A DNA stretch of 64,000 nt, from positions 56,848 through 120,847 of the IMG/VR virus record IMGVR_UViG_3300011008_000036. The stretch is one strand, 5' to 3'. Each line of letters starts with the position of its first letter. Position 1 is the stretch's first letter. The notes beneath the pieces are model-generated. The model did not search any database. It was not told where the DNA came from and saw only the letters and a program-made list of their open reading frames with translations. The position numbers and the translations under genes are program-made. Below are positions 18,908 to 29,025 of this stretch, piece after piece. This stretch comes from a virus. Taxonomy: Duplodnaviria; Heunggongvirae; Uroviricota; Caudoviricetes.

Positions 18908-20662
18908 ATGAGACATCGAGTATCTTATTTATACAGTTTAATGCAATTTAACAGAAGAGTTTTGGGACAAGGAATTGTTGATCCAGATAGAAAATATTCG
19001 ATTGATGAATTGAAACATTTATTATTCTTTAATAGAATATTTTTATCTAATATGGAAGAAGTTTTTGAAAAATATGATACTCTTCCAATTATTGAAGATT
19101 ATATCGAGTGTATTAAAATTTATGCATCAAATGTAAAATTAATTATCAATAAATTTGTAAATGTTGCAAATTGTTTAATATTAAATAAAGATTCATTTGA
19201 GAAAAGATTTGCTACTGAAAGTAGACTTCAGTATGATTTAGAGAGTAAGCAGTTTAGATCAATAAACGATATTAATTATCAATTTAATTCAAACCAATTA
19301 TATTTTATAAGTTTATGTATAATGCCTAGTAATAGGAAAGTAATTACAATTAGTACAATAGATCCAAATAGTAATGTTTATGACAATCCTATATCTTGTA
19401 ATAATGGAAAATTTGCAGTATATTGGTTAACTGATGAATGTATTTCAGATGTTATAAAAAGAACTTTTGCTGTTGAAGCATTAGTTATAATAAAACCTTC
19501 AATATCAAGTAATGATAATACAATAACCAAAGTTGAATATTCGGGTGATACAGAATTCATGCGTAAAATTAGTCCAATATTTGGAAATGCATTGATATTG
19601 ATGAATCCATTTTTATTTATAAAAAATATTGATGATATTATCACACCTTACACATCAAAGAAAAAAATAAATCAAGATGATAAATTCTTCAATATAAATG
19701 AATTATTTAATCATGATCAAATTATTGAATATCCATCTGATTCATTTGCATCCTATATTAATTTCCTACATTCTGCAATTAATACAAATAAAGTGAAATC
19801 AATTTATTTAACATTATATCGTGTAGGAAATAATCCAAAGCTTTATTATTTAATTAAAGATGCGATTAAAAAAGGAATTAATATTACATTAAATATTGAA
19901 TTATGCGCACGAGGAGAATATATCAATTATATGTGGCTTAGAGAATTTAGAGAAATTGGTGTAAATGTGCTAACATATCAGACTGGAAAAATCAAAGTTC
20001 ATTCTAAGATCACATTAATTGAATTTGTTGATGGAAGATCATTAGTACAAATTGGAACAGGAAACTATCACACCAATACTACAGAACAGTATACTGATTT
20101 ATCACTGATAACATCAAAACATAGTTTGTGTGTTGAAGTTAAAAAATTATTTGATGTATTGGAAAATAATATACACATGGAATTTACTAATGATTTATTA
20201 GTTACGAGATTCAATGCTAGAAAAGAATTGTGTGATCTAATTGATGAAGAAGCTGAACTTGGTTCTGAAGGTTGTATTACAATCAAATGTAACGCATTAG
20301 ACGACAATGAAATCATTAATCATTTGGATATGGCTGCATCCAAAGGATGCTATATAAATATTATTGTTAGAGGAATTTGTACATGGTTACCTGATCAATT
20401 AGGAATGAATGTTAAAATTAAATCGATAATTTGGGATAAACTTGAACATTCTAGAATATTTGCATTTGGTGAAGCTAATCCAACAATTTATATTGGATCA
20501 TTAGATCTGATAACACATAAACTTGATAATAGAATTGAAACAATGTTAAAAGTTAAAGATCCTGGTGTTGAAATATATTTAGTGAATTATCTTAATAGAT
20601 ACATAACAGCAATTGAAGGATCGTGGATGCTAACAAATTCTGGAATTTATATTAAGGAGTAA
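18908..20662 (+). CDS. ppk: polyphosphate kinase 1 (PPK1), compact but with N, H, C1 and C2 regions
   Basis: GGAGGT RBS before ATG 18908. N-terminal YLYSLMQFNRRVL (cf PPK1 LSWLeFNeRVL); C1 KIKVHSKITLIEFVDGRSLVQIGTGNYHTNTTEQYTDLSLIT (cf tHAKl.lVvRrE...yvHlGTGNYn..Ta.lYTDl.LlT); C2 GCYINIIVRGICTWLP...IKSIIWDKLEHSRIFAFGEANPTIYIGSLDLITHKLDNRIE (cf GV.i.LiVRG.C.L.PG...i.v.SivgRfLEHsRifyF.......yl.SADwM.RNLdrRvE). Confidence 0.7.
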   Translation: MRHRVSYLYSLMQFNRRVLGQGIVDPDRKYSIDELKHLLFFNRIFLSNMEEVFEKYDTLPIIEDYIECIKIYASNVKLIINKFVNVANCLILNKDSFEKRFATESRLQYDLESKQFRSINDINYQFNSNQLYFISLCIMPSNRKVITISTIDPNSNVYDNPISCNNGKFAVYWLTDECISDVIKRTFAVEALVIIKPSISSNDNTITKVEYSGDTEFMRKISPIFGNALILMNPFLFIKNIDDIITPYTSKKKINQDDKFFNINELFNHDQIIEYPSDSFASYINFLHSAINTNKVKSIYLTLYRVGNNPKLYYLIKDAIKKGINITLNIELCARGEYINYMWLREFREIGVNVLTYQTGKIKVHSKITLIEFVDGRSLVQIGTGNYHTNTTEQYTDLSLITSKHSLCVEVKKLFDVLENNIHMEFTNDLLVTRFNARKELCDLIDEEAELGSEGCITIKCNALDDNEIINHLDMAASKGCYINIIVRGICTWLPDQLGMNVKIKSIIWDKLEHSRIFAFGEANPTIYIGSLDLITHKLDNRIETMLKVKDPGVEIYLVNYLNRYITAIEGSWMLTNSGIYIKE

Positions 20663-20665
20663 TAA

Positions 20666-21376
20666 ATGTACGATGTAAATAAAAGTATATGGTTAAATCC
20701 AAATATTGATTATTTATTCAATAATGAAATTATTGAATATGATATAAAAGATGCCGGATTTACTTTAATTAAAGAATATAAATTATTACCTTCCGATGTA
20801 ATTAAACAATTAGAATTAATTCCAAAAGGATTTGATCGTCATAAGCAAATTGGAATTATGCAGAAGGATAATAAACAATTATCAGAAAATTTATTACAAA
20901 AATTCTCGGAAGTAAGAGAATGGTTTATTAAATCAAATAAATTAACTGATAATGATATCATCAGTGTAAAGAAAGATGCTGTATATGTAATTGGAGAAGT
21001 TGATAATACTAAATTAAATTCTATTACATTTGCTAAAAAGAATGTGTATTCGTCATATGTTAGATTTCCAGATAATTTAAATTTGGAAATATATTATTAT
21101 GATAATACATTGGATATTAAAGGAATGAATGATATATGTGTTAATCGTCATAGATTATATATGATGGAATTTTTACGTATAGTCATTAATATGATTGAAA
21201 ATCATGATGGAAAAGTAAAACGATATGTCATGAATTTTATAGAAAAATATAAAAAACAAGAATTGGATAAATTATATTATTTGGAATTTAATAACATGAG
21301 TAAAGAATTTAATCCAGCATTTAATTATTTAAAGATAATTATTCCAATTATTCAAATAATTCAAAAGGAGATATAA
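20666..21376 (+). CDS. hypothetical protein
   Basis: AAGGAG RBS; 236 aa. Confidence 0.45.
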   Translation: MYDVNKSIWLNPNIDYLFNNEIIEYDIKDAGFTLIKEYKLLPSDVIKQLELIPKGFDRHKQIGIMQKDNKQLSENLLQKFSEVREWFIKSNKLTDNDIISVKKDAVYVIGEVDNTKLNSITFAKKNVYSSYVRFPDNLNLEIYYYDNTLDIKGMNDICVNRHRLYMMEFLRIVINMIENHDGKVKRYVMNFIEKYKKQELDKLYYLEFNNMSKEFNPAFNYLKIIIPIIQIIQKEI

Positions 21377-21380
21377 AGTT

Positions 21381-22061
21381 TTGTCAAATTTTAAATATGT
21401 TGTATTTCGAGTTATGCAACCAGATGAAGAAGAATTTGAATTGGGACCAATCTATTATGGTTGGTCCCATAGTAAAAAAATTGTAAAAGCATTTATAAAA
21501 CAACGAGGAAAAAATAAATATGTATATAAAGAGATGACAGATGAAGATATTGAATGTGCAAATTTTTCAGGTTATTCCAAACAAGATGATTCAATGATAA
21601 AATTATTAATGCTACCATCTAAATTGGATGGAAAAAAATATCCATTATTCATAACAGATCAAGAATCAAAACAAGTTGAAGTTGGAATACATATGTATTT
21701 TAGAGATCTATCATCTTTTGAAAATTATAAATCAAATCGACATGAGTTGATAATATTATATTGTAATTTGAAAGATGAAGCAAAACAAGTTTTAGAAGAT
21801 ATTGGTTTTGTTCCAAAAGAATTAGATGATCATGGATATTTTGAATCTGAATCAATATTTACATGTTTGGAAAATGAAATTGAATGTTTATTGGACGATG
21901 CATATTCAAGAAATGATTATGATATGATTGATTTACCATTTAACGAATCTCCAGAAGATGTGAAATATACACCAAAAGGTCAATTATTTCTAAATAGTAT
22001 ACATAGTCACATATGTTATAGTTTAGAAGCATATATAAAAATTCTCAAAGATGAATTTTAA
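21381..22061 (+). CDS. hypothetical protein (TTG start)
   Basis: AAGGAG 10 nt before TTG 21381. Confidence 0.4.
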   Translation: MSNFKYVVFRVMQPDEEEFELGPIYYGWSHSKKIVKAFIKQRGKNKYVYKEMTDEDIECANFSGYSKQDDSMIKLLMLPSKLDGKKYPLFITDQESKQVEVGIHMYFRDLSSFENYKSNRHELIILYCNLKDEAKQVLEDIGFVPKELDDHGYFESESIFTCLENEIECLLDDAYSRNDYDMIDLPFNESPEDVKYTPKGQLFLNSIHSHICYSLEAYIKILKDEF

Positions 22062-22084
22062 AATAAAAAGGAGAATTGTATATT

Positions 22085-22708
22085 TTGATTAGTAGAAGAT
22101 ATGATGATTTAAAAGATAATATAACTCTTTATATTATAACGAAAAAAGACTATGAAAAATCTTCATCAGAACTTGCACATCATATGAAAAATGATATGTA
22201 CGAACAACTATATGAAGATTATAAAAAAGATAAAGAATTAAATTCAAGTAAAATTACTGCTTGGAGTGATAATAAAACTTTAATTAAATATTATTTAGAT
22301 TTTCATAATTGTGATACATTTCAAACTATTAAAGTAGAAGGAACTCTTGAAGAGTATTCTGATCTTCTAAATGATAACATTCATGATGAAATAACTATTG
22401 CTAATATTAGAATTAGAGATTCTGAGAAACCTTATAAAGAAAAAGTATTACAAATCCCAGCAACAGAAACGGAAATGGATCTTTTATTGGCAGAGGAAGA
22501 TTCATATTCTAGTGGGAGAATTGATTATGGCGTTATAGAAAAATATTATCATAGAATGAAAAATAAGTATAAAAAGATATTCGATAATATTTTACTAACA
22601 GATGTGATGATGAAAGTAATACATGGAAATGATTCTAACTATTTAGAAAAAATTAAACAAGATCAATTAGCAATATTATATAGATTATTCTCTGGATATT
22701 TTGATTAA
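22085..22708 (+). CDS. hypothetical protein
   Basis: ORF track start 22076 (TTG) is only 2-3 nt after AAAAGGAG; in-frame TTG at 22085 has better spacing. Confidence 0.4.
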   Translation: MISRRYDDLKDNITLYIITKKDYEKSSSELAHHMKNDMYEQLYEDYKKDKELNSSKITAWSDNKTLIKYYLDFHNCDTFQTIKVEGTLEEYSDLLNDNIHDEITIANIRIRDSEKPYKEKVLQIPATETEMDLLLAEEDSYSSGRIDYGVIEKYYHRMKNKYKKIFDNILLTDVMMKVIHGNDSNYLEKIKQDQLAILYRLFSGYFD

Positions 22709-22714
22709 TTTTAT

Positions 22715-22725
22715 AATGATATATT
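22715..22725 (+). promoter_or_regulatory. AATGATATATT motif copy
   Basis: 7 nt after stop of 22085-22708; aatgatatattcttatagagtaat; 36 nt before ATG 22761. Confidence 0.35.
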
Positions 22726-22760
22726 CTTATAGAGTAATATTTAAATTAAGGAGAATTGTA

Positions 22761-25337
22761 ATGGTAAAAATATTAAGATCTTTAATTCATGAATTAATTC
22801 CGCTAGATTTAAGATTTAAAATTGAATTATTATCTCGAAGAAGGGATATCGTTAATAAAGAGAAACAAGATGAATTAATAGAACTGCTTCGTTCATTTAA
22901 ATTGGATGATTTTATACAATTGGGACCTGGGACTAATAGAATAGCATTTAAACTGAAAGGATTTGTTGTGAAGATTGCAACTGATAATGATGGAAAAATT
23001 GATAATCTTAAAGAATTTAAAATGGCATTACGATTATTTCCATATGTGACAAAAACATATGAAGTATCTGAAAATGGAACACTTCTGATAGCTGAATATA
23101 TTCAACCATTTATTTCATATGGAGAAATGCAAGCACATGCTGATCAGATTAGAGAAATACTTGATAAATTATCCAAAGTATATCTATTAGGTGATGTTGG
23201 AATAACATCTAAGAATTTTGCAAATTGGGGAATGAGAATTGGAACAGATATTCCAGTATGTCTAGATTTTGCATATGTTTATGATGTTTCATCTAATCTA
23301 TTCATATGTAATAAATGTGGAACAAATTCAATGTTACTACCAGATAGAAATTATATAAAATTAATTTGTTCTAATCCTGGTTGTAGAGCAGAATTTTCAT
23401 TTGAGGATATTAGACGTAAAATTAGTAATGAAGCTCATATGAATGAAATTGGTGATTTAAAAACAGAAGCTTACTTACTAACTGAGTCTAACGTTAAAAC
23501 AGAACTTGATCCTGAAAGGAGTCGGTATTTAATGAAGAAATATAAACAGAATAAAAAATCTGTTGAAAAAGAAGTTGTTGATGAAGTTACACCTGATACA
23601 TTTGTTATGGAACATGAGCCAGCATTTTATATCAATAAACAAAAGATGGAGGAAAATGATAATATGGATGGAAATTTGGTAGTAGAAGCAAGACTTTATG
23701 GAGAAGAATATTCAAAACCAAAGACACCACGAACTGTTGTATCAGCTAGAGCTATTGTTAAAAATACTAATGAAAAGAAAGAGAAGATTACATATAACAA
23801 AGATGATCATATTGAAGTAATTGCTAAACCTGTACAGAATAATACAGAATTAGCATTTAAGTGCGAAATGGATCCAAACGATTCAATTGATAATATCATG
23901 AAAATTCCTAGTATTCAATCAATTAATATTGATAATGAAGAAGAGAATGTTAATGAAACATCTGAGTTTGTTCCACAATTTGTAAATAACATGCATAAAG
24001 CTATTAGTAAATTAAGTAATAAAATAGCAAGTAATCTGTATGATAAAGAATTGTATGAAGTTGTCAGAAAAGATTTAACTTCAACTGATAATTTCTTTGC
24101 AGGAGATTTCTACAAAATAGTACAGAATGCAATATTTAGATCGCTTACAATTTTCCTCAATATGGAAGAAACAGATATTACAAATCAGAAGACCGGTAAA
24201 AGCTTTACCATTTATAAAGCTCCTGTTGATATTAATAATAAGAAATATTATGCAACACTTAAATTCATTGAACGTTTCTGGTTAAATAGAGATATTAACG
24301 AATTAGATCATGTCGAAGATATCATGAGTGCGTATAAGAAATTATATGATGATTATCAGGGACTTGATTCTAATTGGTTACCAACATTTACAGCTAGATT
24401 ATCAAGTAATTTGACAATTGCTGATAAATTTACAATTGCCACAATAGTTAGATATGTTGAAAATGATTGGTGTGATGATTCACATAAAACATTAAATGAT
24501 GAACATGATAATGATTTAGAAGAAGCTCCTTCATGGTTAAACGATTTTAGAAAAATTCCTGAATCAATACATGATTCTGATATAAAAATATTTAATGATG
24601 AAAATAAAGAAGAAACTGAAGATCATCATATATATGAAGCTGAAATTGTTGAAAAATGGGATGAAGAAGAATCAGAAGAATCTAAAGAAGAAAATGACGA
24701 TTCCTCATTAATTTCAGTAGAAATTTATCCTAATGAAAAACTTGATCTTGTTAAAGTAAAATATTTTGATGAAGTACAGACTACAATTTCAGTCGATTGT
24801 AAATTATCTGATTATGATAATAAGAATTTAGGATCTGCTATTCGTCATCCTTTGGCAGGTGTCTGGAACTGGTTATCATACATCGAACCTGATTTTGTAT
24901 TCAGTACAACTGATCCAGAATATTGGTTAACAAAAAATAATCAATCCGACGATAGTTTGAGATTCTATAAATATGCTGTAATAACAACTGTGGATACATC
25001 ATATATTATGGGATTATACTGCATCGAAGGTATCTATATCAATGAACATGATGATGTTTTAGATTTAACTACTGATCCAACTATTTTAAAACGGCTTAAT
25101 AATTTATTAACATCTTCATTATCTGCAAAGATGGTTCATCTAGAAGATCATATTCTTGAGAAGTATGAAATTCATACTGAAGAAGAACTTCGTCAGTTTA
25201 ATGGTGAACATGCTGATGAAATAATAGAATCAAATGACGAATCAGAAGATGATTTTGAAGAAGAAACATTTACTGATGTTCCGGAAGATAATAACTATCC
25301 CGAAACATTTTTAACACCAATTAGACGTATAAAATAA
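22761..25337 (+). CDS. large protein with N-terminal protein-kinase-like domain plus zinc ribbon; long C-terminal region unknown
   Basis: AAGGAG RBS before ATG 22761. LGPGTNRIAFKLKGFVVKIATD (Gly-rich loop + VxK), hinge-like LLIAEYIQP, LLGDVGITSKNFANWG (catalytic-loop-like D..N), LDFAYVY (DFG-like); then CNKCGT...CSNPGC. Confidence 0.4.
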   Translation: MVKILRSLIHELIPLDLRFKIELLSRRRDIVNKEKQDELIELLRSFKLDDFIQLGPGTNRIAFKLKGFVVKIATDNDGKIDNLKEFKMALRLFPYVTKTYEVSENGTLLIAEYIQPFISYGEMQAHADQIREILDKLSKVYLLGDVGITSKNFANWGMRIGTDIPVCLDFAYVYDVSSNLFICNKCGTNSMLLPDRNYIKLICSNPGCRAEFSFEDIRRKISNEAHMNEIGDLKTEAYLLTESNVKTELDPERSRYLMKKYKQNKKSVEKEVVDEVTPDTFVMEHEPAFYINKQKMEENDNMDGNLVVEARLYGEEYSKPKTPRTVVSARAIVKNTNEKKEKITYNKDDHIEVIAKPVQNNTELAFKCEMDPNDSIDNIMKIPSIQSINIDNEEENVNETSEFVPQFVNNMHKAISKLSNKIASNLYDKELYEVVRKDLTSTDNFFAGDFYKIVQNAIFRSLTIFLNMEETDITNQKTGKSFTIYKAPVDINNKKYYATLKFIERFWLNRDINELDHVEDIMSAYKKLYDDYQGLDSNWLPTFTARLSSNLTIADKFTIATIVRYVENDWCDDSHKTLNDEHDNDLEEAPSWLNDFRKIPESIHDSDIKIFNDENKEETEDHHIYEAEIVEKWDEEESEESKEENDDSSLISVEIYPNEKLDLVKVKYFDEVQTTISVDCKLSDYDNKNLGSAIRHPLAGVWNWLSYIEPDFVFSTTDPEYWLTKNNQSDDSLRFYKYAVITTVDTSYIMGLYCIEGIYINEHDDVLDLTTDPTILKRLNNLLTSSLSAKMVHLEDHILEKYEIHTEEELRQFNGEHADEIIESNDESEDDFEEETFTDVPEDNNYPETFLTPIRRIK

Positions 25338-25341
25338 TTAT

Positions 25342-25376
25342 AATTTATCCAAGTCTATTATAGACTTGGATAAATT
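25342..25376 (+). terminator. hairpin terminator
   Basis: aatttatccaagtct-attat-agacttggataaatt then T-run. Confidence 0.5.
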
Positions 25377-25393
25377 ATTTTTTGGAGGTATTT

Positions 25394-26098
25394 ATGTTAT
25401 ATCGAATTAATTATAAAAATTTTCTAGTTTATATGATAGATTATTTCACTAGGGAAGAATTACTCCATTGTCAATATGCTTTGGTTGCAGCAACCATTGG
25501 GCACCAAGGTGGATCTAATCAAGTTAAAGGATTTAACATGTTTTATCCTAATCTAGATATCATTGATAATTTTTCAGATCATGGTGATGCTGAGTTAGCT
25601 AAAAAAGAATATTTGGAATATCTATTTCCTAAACAAAAAGATATGAAAAAAGATGAATTACATGATGATCGTTATTGGGCATATGATATAATATATAGAA
25701 CTTTTGTTTCACCATTAAAATTACATCATGATATCATATTAGTTTATGATGATCCTGTTGAAATGTACATGGATGTATTATGTGATGCAATATATGAAAA
25801 ATTTAAAGTAAAATTTATAAATTTGGATACCTTGTTTAAAACTGGGAGAGTTGGTCCAATATATTTAGATATTAAAAAAGTTTTCAAAGATACAAAACCA
25901 ATGATGAATAAAATTACACTAGAAGAAATTAAAGTAATGGAAAGTAGTGAAGAGGGAAGAAGTTATCTGGTAGCAAGAATGAATACTCAAGAAAAAATTA
26001 AAAAATTAAAGAAACTTGGTATCAAAGTAAGTAAAAATGATATTAAAGATGATAATTTAGATAAAATTTTAAAAGATGCTTGGATATTAAATGATTAA
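25394..26098 (+). CDS. hypothetical protein
   Basis: GGAGGT RBS before ATG 25394 (ORF track start 25382 in frame). Confidence 0.45.
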   Translation: MLYRINYKNFLVYMIDYFTREELLHCQYALVAATIGHQGGSNQVKGFNMFYPNLDIIDNFSDHGDAELAKKEYLEYLFPKQKDMKKDELHDDRYWAYDIIYRTFVSPLKLHHDIILVYDDPVEMYMDVLCDAIYEKFKVKFINLDTLFKTGRVGPIYLDIKKVFKDTKPMMNKITLEEIKVMESSEEGRSYLVARMNTQEKIKKLKKLGIKVSKNDIKDDNLDKILKDAWILND

Positions 26099-26297
26099 AA
26101 CTTATGACTATTTCATCTATAATATCAATTTTGTTTAATGTAATACTTTTTATGTAAAATTTTATATAATACGAAAAGGTAGTAGATTATATTGGTCTAT
26201 TACCTTTAGTATTCTTGAAAACAAAAGCTTAATACAGTTTATTAGTAAGGATATTTATATATTTAATTTTTTTTATAAAGGAGAGTGTAAAAATATT

Positions 26298-27785
26298 ATG
26301 AATAGTGTAAATATTTTAAATAATATTTTTAATGAAGGAAAAATAGAAGATTTTCTTGGCATTGATAATTTCAGTGATATAGCAAATCAAATTGAACATG
26401 ATAAGCAATATAATGATGGTCAAGGAATTCCAAGTATTATCGCTGGCAATGTTAAAACTAGTGCTGATACTGTTGATGCTCTAAGAGATCTTTTAGGTAG
26501 TAATGTTGTTGATACATCATCTATTATTAGAAAAGCTCGTAATTCTATATTACAATTTCCAGTTTATATTTCCAATAATATTCCTATTAAACATGCTAGA
26601 GTAATTGCCAACTTATTTGAGCATCTTTATTTAACGTATGCTCAAACAGTTTTATCACAGAATAAAATTGTTGATATAAAAGATACACCCGATTTAAAAT
26701 TTTTGAAAAAGATTCATACGAATTTAAAAGAATCAGTTGGTCAATTATTGATAAATCCATATTATAAACCAATTGATGAAATCGATGCAATGTTGGAAGA
26801 ATGCAAATATAATAAAGTACAATATGAGAATGGTAATAGTATAGAATTTTCAATATATCCATCAGATGATAAAGATTTAATTTATGAATGCAGAGAAATG
26901 ATGCATGATCCACTCGAGGGATTTTCTTTTTTATCGGAAGCTAATGTAGCTACCCCAAATAATAATGCACAACAGCCACCAGTAAATCCTAAAAATAATA
27001 CAAATAATAATACAAATCAGAAAAACAATAATCAAAATAAACCAAACGCATCACCAAATGTTGCATCAGTGGAAGCACCCAAAATGGTTACAGAATTAAA
27101 TGATATTAGAAAAATTAATGATCTGCAACCAACAATGATGGTTGCAACTTTTAAAATTAAATCAGATAATGGTAGTTTGGAAACTGTTCGCTATATCGTT
27201 GGAGTAAAAGCTGTATTGCATGTTATATCTGCAAAAGATTTAACTGATGAAATTAGAGATATTGTGATGGGAAGTCAAAGATCACTTCAGAAAGTTCGTT
27301 ATAAAACTGGAGAAATTTCTTTCCTAGATTATATGTTTAATATAAATAGTTTAAAATCAGATGCATTTAACACAACTAATATCAACAAACGATGGATATC
27401 AACATTGAAAAGATTATCTGAATTTAAAAAGAATCATGGATCTTTTTGGAAGAAAGGAATTCAAGCAATCAATGGAGGAGATGTTCCAATTCCAAATGGA
27501 ACATTAGTACTTACAAATGTTGATGTTGAATATATTGCTGACGTTACTGGAATTGATCTTGATTCTGTAACATATGCTAAACGGTTAGCAAATAATTTAT
27601 ATTTGATTGCTGTTGGAATATTGAATGGAGAATCATCATTTAAGTATTTCTTACCTGATCAACAATCAAATTGGGATGTGTTATCATTATCTTCAATCAA
27701 TACAACTCTTGCAAGATTAGATAATACATCATTACAAAAAGAATTGGGTAAGATTATTAATAACTCTGGTAACGTAAATAGATAA
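26298..27785 (+). CDS. hypothetical protein with N/Q/T-rich linker (possible virion protein)
   Basis: AAAGGAGAG RBS; NNAQQPPVNPKNNTNNNTNQKNNNQNKPN low-complexity segment. Confidence 0.45.
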   Translation: MNSVNILNNIFNEGKIEDFLGIDNFSDIANQIEHDKQYNDGQGIPSIIAGNVKTSADTVDALRDLLGSNVVDTSSIIRKARNSILQFPVYISNNIPIKHARVIANLFEHLYLTYAQTVLSQNKIVDIKDTPDLKFLKKIHTNLKESVGQLLINPYYKPIDEIDAMLEECKYNKVQYENGNSIEFSIYPSDDKDLIYECREMMHDPLEGFSFLSEANVATPNNNAQQPPVNPKNNTNNNTNQKNNNQNKPNASPNVASVEAPKMVTELNDIRKINDLQPTMMVATFKIKSDNGSLETVRYIVGVKAVLHVISAKDLTDEIRDIVMGSQRSLQKVRYKTGEISFLDYMFNINSLKSDAFNTTNINKRWISTLKRLSEFKKNHGSFWKKGIQAINGGDVPIPNGTLVLTNVDVEYIADVTGIDLDSVTYAKRLANNLYLIAVGILNGESSFKYFLPDQQSNWDVLSLSSINTTLARLDNTSLQKELGKIINNSGNVNR

Positions 27786-27802
27786 AAGAGGTGTGAATAA
27801 TT

Positions 27803-28975
27803 ATGACTAGTAAATATGAAAACGTATCATCTGATTTTATTGAAATAATTGCTGGAACTGATAATACAACATCGAGAGCATATCTAGAAACAAAAAAAGA
27901 AGTTGGAACAAGATCAAATAAATCAATTGCACAATTAAAAAATTTTTATGGTGATATTGAAAAAACTTATAAAAAAATGGATAATAAAAAAATTGATACA
28001 GAAATAACAAAATCAAAAGGTGATCTTGAAAAATTTTCAGGATATACGGATATGAAATATGCATTTGAATTATTATCCAAACCATTGAAAATGAATTCTA
28101 TTATGAAAAATTTATCGATCATACAAAAATCATTGGAAAATAACAAGTCTTACTATATGGAAGCATATAAGAGAAAAGTACGTTTGCTAATACATGAATA
28201 TGAAAATACTCTTTATCTTTTACAATTAGGATTGTGTGTAATATTTGCAGATTGTGTTCAGATAACAAAAGAAAATCCTGGATATAAAATTAATGCTAAT
28301 GCAAAATGTAGTAATAAATTTATTCAGAAAACTTTAGATAAATTGGTTTATCATGTTAAAGATAGTAAATGGCACACAAAATATTTAGATAGTATTATAA
28401 AAGCTGCTAAGAATAATCCTATTAAAGATTCCAAAACAGAATCATATGATGAAGAAATATTCACAGAAGAAAATATCCTAATAGAAAGATTTCCTTATAT
28501 TGGATCATTCATTACAATATTAAATGGAATTGGTTCAATGTTTGCTGGAGTTAAATCAATATTGAAATCGATTGTTGGTACAATATTTGGAATAGTGCCA
28601 TTAATAAGATCTATTATTTATTTACGATATAAGAAGAAAGCTGATACAATTTTAGCTTTGGAAATGAATATTGCTCTCATTAAAGAAAATATTGAATTAC
28701 TGAAACGAGTTAAAAATAAAAGTGAAGCTGAGAAAAAAGAAATAATTAAAAAACAAGAAGCTGTATGTGAACAGTATCAAAAGAAAATTGAAAAATTGAA
28801 AGCTGAACTTGGATCCACAGAATATGAAGCTTCAAAAGCATTAAAACAATCAGAAGATGAATTAAAGAAAACTGATAATTCATCATCAAATAATGATGAT
28901 TTTGTATTAGAAGGAACTAATATGACTGAATTATTTAATGAAATTGGAAAACAAAATAAAAAAATCATAGAATAA
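27803..28975 (+). CDS. membrane-associated coiled-coil protein
   Basis: AGAGGTG RBS; hydrophobic block FPYIGSFITILNGIGSMFAGVKSILKSIVGTIFGIVPLIRSIIY then K/E-rich heptad-like region. Confidence 0.45.
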   Translation: MTSKYENVSSDFIEIIAGTDNTTSRAYLETKKEVGTRSNKSIAQLKNFYGDIEKTYKKMDNKKIDTEITKSKGDLEKFSGYTDMKYAFELLSKPLKMNSIMKNLSIIQKSLENNKSYYMEAYKRKVRLLIHEYENTLYLLQLGLCVIFADCVQITKENPGYKINANAKCSNKFIQKTLDKLVYHVKDSKWHTKYLDSIIKAAKNNPIKDSKTESYDEEIFTEENILIERFPYIGSFITILNGIGSMFAGVKSILKSIVGTIFGIVPLIRSIIYLRYKKKADTILALEMNIALIKENIELLKRVKNKSEAEKKEIIKKQEAVCEQYQKKIEKLKAELGSTEYEASKALKQSEDELKKTDNSSSNNDDFVLEGTNMTELFNEIGKQNKKIIE

Positions 28976-28977
28976 AT

Positions 28978-29014
28978 TATTAAGAGTTCCACAATATTGT
29001 GGAACTCTTAATAT
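28978..29014. terminator. bidirectional hairpin terminator
   Basis: attaagagttccaca-atat-tgtggaactcttaat between convergent ends 28975(+) and 29026(-). Confidence 0.5.
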
Positions 29015-29025
29015 TATTATTTTTT

